Positions 1-9,419 of a stretch of DNA of 64,000 bases are shown piece after piece. Location of the stretch: NCBI GenBank assembly GCA_965207455.1, contig CBDBMJ010000001.1, positions 1,600,001 through 1,664,000 on the forward strand, written 5' to 3'. The first letter of the stretch is position 1. The number at the start of each line of letters is the position of its first letter. The notes below the pieces were generated by a model, which saw only the letters and a program-made list of their open reading frames with translations, did no database searches and was not told the DNA's origin. The translations under genes and the position numbers were made by a program. This stretch comes from Bdellovibrionota bacterium (lineage in GTDB: Bacteria; Bdellovibrionota; UBA1018; CAIPTA01; JAALKR01).

Positions 1-1
1 C

Positions 2-520
2 ATTCACAACGCTTGCTTGCAGCCACCGGTGAAAAGAAAAAAATGGCATAAGCAGGGAGGCAAGGAAGTTAATAGACAGCATGAGTGGAGGCAGGACATT
101 GGTTCGTGGAACTAATTGGTCTGGTGCTCCCAGATCGGGAATAACAGAAAAACTCTGACCCTTGAGGCTTGGCAGGTCCGAGAACAGATAAAAAGCAAGA
201 ATCAGAAAAGGTATTTGCACAAGCAGGGGAGTAATTCCTAAGATGGAAAAGATTGGATTATAGGAGTAGCGGTTAAACAGGGACTGTTTTCTTAGGAAGA
301 GTGCCTTGCCTTTATACAGTGATTTTAAATGATCCAGCTGTGGTGAGAGAATTTCATTATAGATGCGTTCCCATGCAGAGAATTTCTCTGCATATCTCAC
401 AAAAGGATAGGTGATTAGGCTTGTAAGAAACGAAAAGAGTAGAATGGAGAATCCATAACTGCCCGTAATATTTACGATGCCCAGGTATATATGTTCTGCG
501 CCAGATAGTAGGAAATTCAT
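2..520 (-). CDS. YidC/Oxa1-family membrane insertase-like protein, N-terminal part (runs off window start)
   Basis: Missing from ORF track; manual translation from ATG at 520 (ATGA overlap with upstream stop) gives MNFLLSGAEHIYLGIVNITGSYGFSILLFSFLTSLITYPF...LSPQLDHLKSLYKG...YNPIFSILGITPLLVQIPFLILAFY...IPDLGAPD, with YidC-type hallmarks (YG.SI, PQL..LK, NP, L.QIPF, DL..PD). Confidence 0.75.
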   Translation of the reverse strand, partial: MNFLLSGAEHIYLGIVNITGSYGFSILLFSFLTSLITYPFVRYAEKFSAWERIYNEILSPQLDHLKSLYKGKALFLRKQSLFNRYSYNPIFSILGITPLLVQIPFLILAFYLFSDLPSLKGQSFSVIPDLGAPDQLVPRTNVLPPLMLSINFLASLLMPFFSFHRWLQASVVN

Positions 521-1797
521 TTGTCGCTCGCCATATTTTTAGATGGTTGTGCTAGGTAATCGGCAATATATTCTGAGGAATTGCCGAGATTTTTAATTGT
601 TTTTTGTCGGAATTCTTTTAAATCTAGATTCGTATTTTGGAGAAGAGTTTTTTCCACAATTTTCGTTAACGTTTTTATTTCACTTTTTTTAATAAAGCTT
701 CCTATCTCATGGGTGGCTTGTTCTCCCCATATTTCTGCCAAATCATCTGCCTCAAATAGGAATAAATTTTCCCTAGGTACTTCCAAAGAAATTACAGGTT
801 TTTCGTATGTGAAGGCATAATCAAACCGTAATGAGGATGTGTCCGATATTAAAAGGCTGGATTTTTGCATAGAATCTCCGGGGGAGATTTCTCTATCCCA
901 GGTAATATTTTTATATTTTTCTGTTTCCTTCTCACAAGTGCGAATAAAATCAGCCTCGATTTGATAGGAATAGGGATGGGCTCGAATAATAATTTCATAG
1001 CCTGCACGTGCCAGTTCTATTATGAAACCTAGGCCATAGGTCTGTAGGCATCCCTTCTCTCCCCATGAGGATCCCACAAGTAGGGTGTTTTTGTCATAAG
1101 CTAAATTATTTTTCCTGTTTTGATAGAGTTTATCTAAATAGGGTAAGCCCATGGTCACTAATTCTTTTCTTTTGAGGTTTCTTTTTTTCTCTATAGTACG
1201 AATGGCGTTGATCTGGAAATCGCCGACGAGGAGTACGCTATCATAGTGGTCCAAAGAGCCTTTCTTGTAGTAGGAAATATCTGCCACTGAGTGAAAAACA
1301 TGAACGAGGTTTTTTACTTTTGCAGGTCGGTCAAAAGGATAACTTTTTGTCCCAATATTCGGTGACGTGGCTAGCATTACGGGAGCGATGCTCTTGGATA
1401 GTCGTGAAAATCCGAGAATATTTTTTCTTAGCAGCTTGGAGTGCATAAAGGGGCTATCTATTGTTAAGGCTTCATCATGGACGTCGAAAGTAAAATACCG
1501 GAACGAGATTTTCTTTTTTATCAAAGCCGCAATAATGGGTTGGAATGTGTCCCTATATTCCCTACCTTCACCGAATATAATGGGCATGTCCGTATTATAA
1601 AAAATATTTTTACTCCTACCCATTAGATTATAGATAAAAGATTGAACGGAATAAATAAGAGCGCCAAAGATGGATAGTATGGCTGTAACTAGGGCGCTGC
1701 TACTGCCGGGGTCTAGGTAGCCGTATGCTCGGTTGGGAAGAATGAATAGGATGAGAATGGGCCAAGCCAGCAGCGATGCCCTGTGTAAAAACGCCAT
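517..1797 (-). CDS. CDP-glycerol glycerophosphotransferase (TagF/TagB-like) family protein with N-terminal YLDPG membrane segment
   Basis: ORF 517..1833, likely ATG 1797; motifs VHVFHS, GLPYLD, SSWG, IRAHP, LISDTSSLRFDYAF, KPVI typical of this family. Confidence 0.75.
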   Translation of the reverse strand: MAFLHRASLLAWPILILFILPNRAYGYLDPGSSSALVTAILSIFGALIYSVQSFIYNLMGRSKNIFYNTDMPIIFGEGREYRDTFQPIIAALIKKKISFRYFTFDVHDEALTIDSPFMHSKLLRKNILGFSRLSKSIAPVMLATSPNIGTKSYPFDRPAKVKNLVHVFHSVADISYYKKGSLDHYDSVLLVGDFQINAIRTIEKKRNLKRKELVTMGLPYLDKLYQNRKNNLAYDKNTLLVGSSWGEKGCLQTYGLGFIIELARAGYEIIIRAHPYSYQIEADFIRTCEKETEKYKNITWDREISPGDSMQKSSLLISDTSSLRFDYAFTYEKPVISLEVPRENLFLFEADDLAEIWGEQATHEIGSFIKKSEIKTLTKIVEKTLLQNTNLDLKEFRQKTIKNLGNSSEYIADYLAQPSKNMASDK

Positions 1798-1897
1798 AGA
1801 TGAGAGAATAAAACAAAAAATATATAAGGTCAACCTTGGGCCTCCATTGAAGAGTTAAGCGATGGGTGGTATGTATGGGGAATATTGAGGATAGTCC

Positions 1898-3172
1898 ATG
1901 AGTGATAAAACAGTTTATGTTGGTATGAGCGCAGATTTACTGCATCCAGGGCATATAAATATTTTAAAAATAGCTGCTTCCCATGGAAAGGTGACGGTTG
2001 GGCTTTTAACCGATAAGGCTATCGCTAGTTATAAGCGATTGCCCTATATGGAGTATGAGCAAAGAAAAGCAGTTGTGGAGAGTATTGGTGCTGTTCACCA
2101 AGTAATTCCTCAGTACAGCTTGGACTATACGGAGAACTTGGAGCGTGTTCGTCCCGATTATGTTGTTCATGGTGATGATTGGATGTCTGGCTCGCAACGT
2201 AGGGTTAGGGACAAGGTTATTGAGCAAATAAAACAATGGGGAGGGGAATTAATTGAACCCAAGTATACAGAGGGTATTAATTCAACGAACTTAAATATGA
2301 TCTTGCGTGAGATTGGCACAACACCAGACATACGAAGGAAAAGATTATATCGTTTAATTCAGTCGAAATCGCTTGTGCGAGTTATGGAGGCCCATAACGG
2401 TTTAAGCGCATTAATTGTGGAGAAAACTCGGGTTAAAAAAGAAAATGTGGATCAGGAATTTGATGCCGTATGGGAGAGCAGCCTCACGGATTCTGGATCC
2501 AAGGGGAAACCGGATATTGAGCTTGTGAGTCCCAACGATCGTCTCCAAACCGTGAACGAGATTTTTGAAGTGACCACAAAGCCAATGATATATGATGGTG
2601 GCACAGGTGGTTTTCCTGAGCATTTTGTATTTACGGTGCGTTCTTTGGAGAGGCTTGGAGTTTCCGCTGTTATTATTGGAGATACACTGGGTTTAGGCTC
2701 CACTTTGGGTGCGGAATATAAGCAAGCTCCCACCGAAGATTTTTGTTATAAAATTAGGATGGGTTGCAAGGCATCGATTACCAAGGATTTTATGATTATG
2801 GCAAGAATAGAGAATATTAAAAAAGATATGGGGAGTGCTCTGGATCGAGTCGAGGCTTATATTCATGCTGGAGCCAGTGCCATTATGGTACATTCAGGGG
2901 ATGCGTCTGAGGAAATGAAATTTGCAAAGGAATACCACAAAAAAGGTCATACAGCGCCGCTAGTGTGTATGCCATCCAATTATAGTCATGCTTATGAAGA
3001 GGATCTTATGAAAGCAGGTTTTCAAATTATCATCTATGGAAATCAATTATTGTGTTCCGCATATCCTGCAATGAAGAAGACGGCAGAGCTGATTTTAAAA
3101 AATAATCGTTCTTTGGAGTGTGATGATTTTTGTGCAGACACCAGCGACATTTTTAATTTAATTTCAAGATAG
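1898..3172 (+). CDS. pepM: Cytidylyltransferase fused to a PEP mutase-like domain with degenerate catalytic motif
   Basis: N-term ADLLHPGH (HxGH) and VHGDDW; C-term [32 protein letters not shown]; expected EDKxxxxxNS replaced by [10 protein letters not shown]. Confidence 0.85.
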   Translation: MSDKTVYVGMSADLLHPGHINILKIAASHGKVTVGLLTDKAIASYKRLPYMEYEQRKAVVESIGAVHQVIPQYSLDYTENLERVRPDYVVHGDDWMSGSQRRVRDKVIEQIKQWGGELIEPKYTEGINSTNLNMILREIGTTPDIRRKRLYRLIQSKSLVRVMEAHNGLSALIVEKTRVKKENVDQEFDAVWESSLTDSGSKGKPDIELVSPNDRLQTVNEIFEVTTKPMIYDGGTGGFPEHFVFTVRSLERLGVSAVIIGDTLGLGSTLGAEYKQAPTEDFCYKIRMGCKASITKDFMIMARIENIKKDMGSALDRVEAYIHAGASAIMVHSGDASEEMKFAKEYHKKGHTAPLVCMPSNYSHAYEEDLMKAGFQIIIYGNQLLCSAYPAMKKTAELILKNNRSLECDDFCADTSDIFNLISR

Positions 3173-3182
3173 CGAGAAATAC

Positions 3183-4310
3183 ATGATAAAAGAATTTATT
3201 GGAAGGGGCAGTGTTCAGGCACTTTTTGATCATATACGATTGAAAAATCACTCTGATATTTTCATCGTCACGGGAAAGAAACCATTTCAAAACACAGGTA
3301 TAAAGGAACTGCTTACATCTTATTTTTCCACCACAAAGTGCCATTTCTTCACGGATTTTTCTGTGGACCCCAAATGGATGGACATGAAGAAAGGGATAGC
3401 TGCTTTTCAGCAAAGTAAGGCTGGAGCAATTATGGCTATCGGTGGAGGCAGTGTGATGGATATGGGCAAATTGATTAAGGCGGGTTCAGTTCATAAAGAA
3501 AATTTTATGGATATTGTGTTGAAGGGTAAGCCTTTGACGAATCCAGGAGTTCCCCTTTATATTGTACCCACAACGGCTGGATCGGGTAGTGAAGCTACGC
3601 ACTTTGCGGTTATCTATATAGAAGGAAAAAAATATTCTCTTGCCCACCCATTTATTTATGCAAATGCTGTTGCTGTTGATTCAGAAATGACAGCCTCAAT
3701 GCCTCTCGCGCTAAGAGCCCAAACCGCCTTTGATGCCCTATCTCAGGCCACAGAATCCTACTGGTCCTGTGGTGCCACAACAGACAGCAGAGTTCATGCA
3801 AAAAAAGCCATGCAACTTATTTTGCCCAATATGGTTGCAGCCGTTAATCAGCCAAACGATGAGAATAGAGGCGCGATGATGGAGGCTGCGCACCTAGCAG
3901 GGAAAGCGATTGATATATCCAAGACAACACTAGCCCATGCCCTGTCCTATCACTTAACTTCTGAATATTCCATTCCCCATGGTCATGCGGTAGCCCTTTG
4001 CCTTGGTAAATGTTTTACTCTTCATGGAAATGCCGAATCTCTTTCACCCCTATATACAAAAAATTCCTTCCAGAAAATCATGGAAGACATATATAAACTG
4101 TATGGTTGCAAAAACGCAAAAGAATGTGAAGAAAAATGGTATCGACTTATGGATGCTTGTCATCTAGAGCGTTCGTTATTGAAAATAGGTCTTAATACAA
4201 AAGAGCTCCAGGGGGTATTTTCTAAAAGTGCGAACCCGGAAAGGTTATCCAATAACCCGGTGAAAGTAATGCCGAGAGATATCCTAACGATGTATGATTT
4301 TTCTTATTAG
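3183..4310 (+). CDS. Iron-containing alcohol dehydrogenase (phosphonoacetaldehyde reductase-like)
   Basis: GGGSVMD, PTTAGSGSEATHFAV, DALSQATES, TTLAHALSY, HGHAVA; directly follows the pepM-like gene. Confidence 0.85.
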   Translation: MIKEFIGRGSVQALFDHIRLKNHSDIFIVTGKKPFQNTGIKELLTSYFSTTKCHFFTDFSVDPKWMDMKKGIAAFQQSKAGAIMAIGGGSVMDMGKLIKAGSVHKENFMDIVLKGKPLTNPGVPLYIVPTTAGSGSEATHFAVIYIEGKKYSLAHPFIYANAVAVDSEMTASMPLALRAQTAFDALSQATESYWSCGATTDSRVHAKKAMQLILPNMVAAVNQPNDENRGAMMEAAHLAGKAIDISKTTLAHALSYHLTSEYSIPHGHAVALCLGKCFTLHGNAESLSPLYTKNSFQKIMEDIYKLYGCKNAKECEEKWYRLMDACHLERSLLKIGLNTKELQGVFSKSANPERLSNNPVKVMPRDILTMYDFSY

Positions 4311-5339
4311 GATGGGCAGTATATAATAAAGAAAAGCAATAAGCATGTAAGGAATAAAAAGAAATGTGCTGTCCTTATGGAGAATGCTCATCATTATTCT
4401 ATCCATGTAGCCAGGTGTATGTGTTTCTTCTAGTTTTATTTCCTCTGGTTTTATTTTCTTCGCAGCGCTGCAAATTTTTTTGTAAAATTCAAACCATTTA
4501 TTTAATGGAGCATGTTTTACTAAATGAAGGAAAAAGAATCGTATATAGAATAGATGGAGCAGGGTCATGTCTCTCTTGGAGGCTTTGATGCTGTTATAGG
4601 CTTCCTTGGAGAACTCATACGACGGGAAAACATCAAAAGATTGAAGAGAGCGTTTGCTTGTTATGCTGCCTGCATGCCTCCGGTAGTAAAGCAAGGTATG
4701 GTTTATTTTGCATATCTTATTAGAAACAAGAAACATTTTTTTTGCAGGTAGAATATCCTCGCTCATCCTTAGATCAGCAGGAGCTTGTATATTATATTGG
4801 TTCCAAACGGATTTTTTAAAAAGTTTCCAGCATATCGTTATAAAATGAAAAGAATGATAGAAGAAATCGTCAGAGAGGTCTTGGCGACAAAACACTGAGG
4901 GAAGTGTACTAAATTCTTGATTAAATTTTGTAGAGGCTGGGGCAGGCAGTGGCGTATAATTTTTCTGGTCTTTAAATTTTTTATAATCCCCTAAGACAAT
5001 ATCAGCATTATGTTCTACGGCTGCTTTATGGGCTTCTTCTAGGGCGTTGGGAGGAATCAAATCATCCGGGTCGAGGAAGAATAGGTATTCCCCTTGGGCG
5101 TGCGCCACTCCTGAGTTGCGAGCAGCACCCGTGCCCTGGTTTTCTTGGGTTAGGATTTTAATTCGAGGGTCAAGTGCTGCTGCCTCGCGAACAATTGCTT
5201 CAGACTGATCTGGAGATCCATCTATAACGAAGATGGCTTCCCAATTTTCCATGCTTTGATTTTGCACGGAGATCAGGCAATTCTTTAGCCAAGGTTCCAC
5301 ATTATACACGGGCAGGATGATAGAAATACTAGGACCCAT
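4284..5339 (-). CDS. Glycosyltransferase family 2
   Basis: SIILPVYNVE, IDGSPD, NQGTGAARNSG, FLDPDD, SED, YYRR. Confidence 0.9.
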   Translation of the reverse strand: MGPSISIILPVYNVEPWLKNCLISVQNQSMENWEAIFVIDGSPDQSEAIVREAAALDPRIKILTQENQGTGAARNSGVAHAQGEYLFFLDPDDLIPPNALEEAHKAAVEHNADIVLGDYKKFKDQKNYTPLPAPASTKFNQEFSTLPSVFCRQDLSDDFFYHSFHFITICWKLFKKSVWNQYNIQAPADLRMSEDILPAKKMFLVSNKICKINHTLLYYRRHAGSITSKRSLQSFDVFPSYEFSKEAYNSIKASKRDMTLLHLFYIRFFFLHLVKHAPLNKWFEFYKKICSAAKKIKPEEIKLEETHTPGYMDRIMMSILHKDSTFLFIPYMLIAFLYYILPILIRKIIHR

Positions 5340-5395
5340 AGCTTGGAGCGTATCAGATTTTTTATTCGAACGGAACCAGAAACAGAGGCATATTG

Positions 5396-6484
5396 TTATT
5401 TATTGAACCATACCCGCAACTGCCTTACCCAAGATGGAGGAAGGTGATAGATGACTTGACTGCGAATCATACTATTGAATGTGAGAATCATGAGGTGTAG
5501 AAATACAATAAAAGATTTTCTTTTCCACTTATGCAAGTTGAGTCCATCTAATTTCTTTTCGGTTTTTGCGTACTCCATTTTTGCAATTAGTGGGGCGCAT
5601 TGGGTATAAAAGTGCCACCAGTCTTTGCGAGGGATTACGAACAGTATGGAGAACCTAAAGGAGCGAATAAAAAATTTCTCCATCTCAAGGCGGAGTGTTT
5701 TCCAGTGCGGTATGGATTGAAAAGATTCCATGGCCAGTGGATAGGCTCTTAAAATTTCAAGTGATTTTTTTGTTCGTTGGCCGGTATTACTATTGTATCT
5801 TCGGCGATACAAAACAGTTACAAATGGGCAAGAGACAATAATTTTACTGGAATGGAAGAATTTTTTCACTGGGATAATATCTTCTGCCATTAATAGGTTT
5901 TCAGGAACATGGCAATTCAGCTCTGCCCATAATTGTCTTCGGAACAATTTTCCCCAGCACGTTATGGTAAAACTACTTAGGATTAATTTTTCATATTTGT
6001 CTTTGAGCGTAGTCCAATCCAACGTTTCTGTTTCTTTGGGAAAAAAATTAAGAAAGGAATTTTGTAATGGATAGTTTTTATTTGCATGGGGTTTTTCTTT
6101 TTTATCTATAAAGGTATGGAAATCTCCAATCACCATATCAGCTCCGTGTGACTGGGCTGCTTGGTATAGATTTTCTAAGGCGTTATTGGCAAGCACATCA
6201 TCGGAGTCTAAAAAGCACAGGAACTCTCCCCCAGCATGTTGGCATCCCGTATTGCGAGCAGCTCCTAGACCCATATTTTTTGTATGCTCTAGGATTGTAT
6301 ATCTCTGGTCTGCCCCAGCGTAGGACTCCATGATTTCTTTAGAGGCATCTTGAGAGCAGTCATTTATCAGAATGGCTTCCCAGTCCTGAAAGCTTTGATT
6401 TTGCACGGAGCTTAGGCAATCATTTAGCCAAGGTTCCACATTAAATACGGGAATGATCAGGCTAATTTTGCAGGTTGATGGCAT
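5396..6484 (-). CDS. Glycosyltransferase family 2 (paralogue of neighbour)
   Basis: SLIIPVFNVE, NDCSQD, NMGLGAARNTG, FLDSDD, AED; likely ATG 6484. Confidence 0.9.
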   Translation of the reverse strand: MPSTCKISLIIPVFNVEPWLNDCLSSVQNQSFQDWEAILINDCSQDASKEIMESYAGADQRYTILEHTKNMGLGAARNTGCQHAGGEFLCFLDSDDVLANNALENLYQAAQSHGADMVIGDFHTFIDKKEKPHANKNYPLQNSFLNFFPKETETLDWTTLKDKYEKLILSSFTITCWGKLFRRQLWAELNCHVPENLLMAEDIIPVKKFFHSSKIIVSCPFVTVLYRRRYNSNTGQRTKKSLEILRAYPLAMESFQSIPHWKTLRLEMEKFFIRSFRFSILFVIPRKDWWHFYTQCAPLIAKMEYAKTEKKLDGLNLHKWKRKSFIVFLHLMILTFNSMIRSQVIYHLPPSWVRQLRVWFNK

Positions 6485-6536
6485 GGTATGTTCCTTGCTT
6501 ACTATAGTGTATGGGCGTAATCCAGTCAAGTGCCTG

Positions 6537-9410
6537 TTACAGGTCAAATTTTGACTTGTTCGGAATGAAAATTGTCTTTACTCGTTTATCCATAAATACT
6601 TTATCTTTGGTCAGTAACTCCATAAAAGAGTCTTCCTCTAGGTGGAGTGTGTAGTTCACATGATAGTTTATATTTTTTATTTTCACATAACGTTTCACAA
6701 GTGGATACAATTCTCTATTAAAAGACAACGCCCGCAGGTTTGCTGTTTTCATTTTCTGGGATATTTTTGCGCCCCATTTTTGAGCCTCGGATTTAGAGAG
6801 TTTCTTTTCCATTGGCAGAAGATGGCGGGACACAGACCAGCCTTTTTTTTGTATTTTTTTGAGAATGGGCATAGTTAATGAGAATACAAGGATGGATTTA
6901 TTTTTTATTTTAAATTTTTTATCAATGCCATCCAATTGCTTTAGGATTTTTTTGTAATTATGTTCATTTAAATTTTTCAATTCCAAAACCAACCGCTGTA
7001 TTTTTTTGTGTGAAATTTTGCTGAGATAATTTTCTAGCTTCAAACCTAGGGAATTAGCATTTTCTCCAAGATGAAGATTTCCATCCTTTGCAAGCCAAAG
7101 GTTTAGCCCAAAAGATCGGAAGCCATTATTCCATGCTTCTTTTAGCTTTCCCAGTGAGTTTACTTTACTTAAAAAAACTCGGTTGGATTGCTTGGATTGT
7201 ACAAGGTCCATCGTATTTTTCCTTGTCCAGTAAATAGCATTATCACTATCTGTATATTTTTTCTTTCTACGCAAGACGTAGGCTTCACTTGGTTTTAGCT
7301 CATAGTTTGAGGAAGATAAATCGTATTTAGAGTGATAGCGTTTTGTTTTTATATTGAAAATTCCGATTAAAGTATCGTAGAGAAAACCGTTGGAATACAG
7401 CGATTGGGTGTTATTTAATAATGCTTGGAATTTATTTGGGTATCGTTTTTTGTATTTGGGGGAAAACCACGCAAGCATGGGGATTTCTGTCATCTCGTAG
7501 GTGAAACTTCCAGAATTATGCCCCAGATTATTAAAAATATCCTCACTGTGATCGGAAATATAGAGAAAACCAGTAACACCACCTTTCTTTTGTACTATTT
7601 TTAAAAGAGAGCTAACCACATAATCATTATAGAGTACGCTGTTATCATAGCAATTTATATTCTCCCAGTTGAATTTTTTTGAATCGCTTGAAATTGTTGA
7701 ACCAAAATTTCCTGGCTTTAAGCTGCCCGTAAATAGAGGAAACTCATTTTTCGGATATCTTGCACAATAATGTGAATGACTGCCCATTAGGTGCACAAAA
7801 ATTATGCGGCTCTTCTTGGTTTTCTCCATTAACACATTTTCCACTTCTTTAATCATTCCTCCATCATATTTATCCGCTCGTACTCTTTTCCCGATTGTTG
7901 AGTTTATACTCACCACATTTTTTGCCTCTAAGCCAATGGCAGCAGCCATATTATCCCAAGGACCCATTAAATTCTGATTGGAAATCCAATGGGTTTCTGC
8001 ATGGGATTTATTTATTATATTTATGATAGAGGGTGACTGGTGATATTTTTTTTCGTTTAATTGGTTTGCCTCTGTTAATGCCAAGCTAAGAGTTGCACCT
8101 GTATGGGTGTGGCTGGAATAAGCATTTTGGAATACAATTAAATTTTCCATTTTTGACAAATTCGGTGTTGTTTCCCGTGCGTAACCATAAAGACCCATAT
8201 GCTGTTTATTTAATGATTCGCCAATTACCACAATATAGATTTCATCTTCCTCAGTCTTGCTTGCAGTAATGTCAACTCCCTTTGTTCGTGATGATTGGAA
8301 TTTTCTAAATAATATTAGTTGACGGGTATACCGGTAAGAACTCATTATAATGAGTTCTGGAATTTTAGGGTGCTTGAGTTGAGCCAGACCTATGGTAAAT
8401 GTGATAAGTATTAGAACTATAAGGTAAGAAGCCTTTATTTCCACACCCTTCATTTTCTTTTGTTTCCATAGCAGCGCTATAAAAATAGCTGATATAAGGC
8501 TTGCAATAAGTCCCCATTGGAGAGGAATAAAACTAAGAGCATGCTCCCATACCTCCTTATAATTAGATTGGAGTAATGCAACCACAGTATGCCTATCAAT
8601 GCTTGCCCCATAATTTATGGTGTATGCTATGAACAATGCCGGCACAACGTATGCTGCAAAAAATACGATATGAAGGCAAGCTGAAAGAACTTTAAATCTC
8701 AAGGATTGTGAGGATTTTTGCTGAAAAAGAATAAATAAAAATGTAAAGCCCATTGCTAGGGAGGTATAAATAATTGCCGTTCGAAGATCTTGCGCTCCCC
8801 AGTTGATTTTTTCTGCCAGTAACGATAATAGAAATATAAAATAGGAATTTATAAAAATTACGGCATAGCCCTTAGTAAATAAAAAAATGAAAAGTATGAA
8901 CCATAAAAATACTGGTATACAAGAATATAGAAAGTGCCATCTATCTTTGATTTTTATTCGAAGATCTGCTCGATGGAAGAAAGAATTACCATGCCCAGTT
9001 GCAATTATCTCAATTTCATCACCTGTGCGAACATCTAAGAATAACTGACTCTTTGCCGTTACTAGGACTTTTTGAATTATTTTCCCATTCTTCTTAATAC
9101 GAAAATCTATATTTCCAGTACTTGAGGCTGGTGCAATGGAAAAATTGAATCGAATATTTGCTGGCTGGAGAAATACAATACGTCCAGTGGCAGAATTTTT
9201 TGTACTTATTTGGATAAAAAAATAGCTATCTGTAACTTTTTTAAATAAAGCTTCTTGGCTTGTGCTTACGGTGTTAAATTTGTAGTAATCTTTATTTATA
9301 TCCTGATAGCCATCTCCCATGGGAGCTAGAATGAAGTACGTCGCAAATATACTGATAATCCCTAAGAATAGAAGAATTTTTTTTCTTTTATTGTCCAGCA
9401 AGTGTTTCAT
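6537..9410 (-). CDS. Phosphoethanolamine transferase (EptA/CptA sulfatase family) with extra N- and C-terminal domains
   Basis: TM block then VIGES, GLYGYARETTPNL, HLMGSH, YDNSV, SDHSE. Confidence 0.85.
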   Translation of the reverse strand: MKHLLDNKRKKILLFLGIISIFATYFILAPMGDGYQDINKDYYKFNTVSTSQEALFKKVTDSYFFIQISTKNSATGRIVFLQPANIRFNFSIAPASSTGNIDFRIKKNGKIIQKVLVTAKSQLFLDVRTGDEIEIIATGHGNSFFHRADLRIKIKDRWHFLYSCIPVFLWFILFIFLFTKGYAVIFINSYFIFLLSLLAEKINWGAQDLRTAIIYTSLAMGFTFLFILFQQKSSQSLRFKVLSACLHIVFFAAYVVPALFIAYTINYGASIDRHTVVALLQSNYKEVWEHALSFIPLQWGLIASLISAIFIALLWKQKKMKGVEIKASYLIVLILITFTIGLAQLKHPKIPELIIMSSYRYTRQLILFRKFQSSRTKGVDITASKTEEDEIYIVVIGESLNKQHMGLYGYARETTPNLSKMENLIVFQNAYSSHTHTGATLSLALTEANQLNEKKYHQSPSIINIINKSHAETHWISNQNLMGPWDNMAAAIGLEAKNVVSINSTIGKRVRADKYDGGMIKEVENVLMEKTKKSRIIFVHLMGSHSHYCARYPKNEFPLFTGSLKPGNFGSTISSDSKKFNWENINCYDNSVLYNDYVVSSLLKIVQKKGGVTGFLYISDHSEDIFNNLGHNSGSFTYEMTEIPMLAWFSPKYKKRYPNKFQALLNNTQSLYSNGFLYDTLIGIFNIKTKRYHSKYDLSSSNYELKPSEAYVLRRKKKYTDSDNAIYWTRKNTMDLVQSKQSNRVFLSKVNSLGKLKEAWNNGFRSFGLNLWLAKDGNLHLGENANSLGLKLENYLSKISHKKIQRLVLELKNLNEHNYKKILKQLDGIDKKFKIKNKSILVFSLTMPILKKIQKKGWSVSRHLLPMEKKLSKSEAQKWGAKISQKMKTANLRALSFNRELYPLVKRYVKIKNINYHVNYTLHLEEDSFMELLTKDKVFMDKRVKTIFIPNKSKFDL

Positions 9411-9419
9411 ATCTGAATT

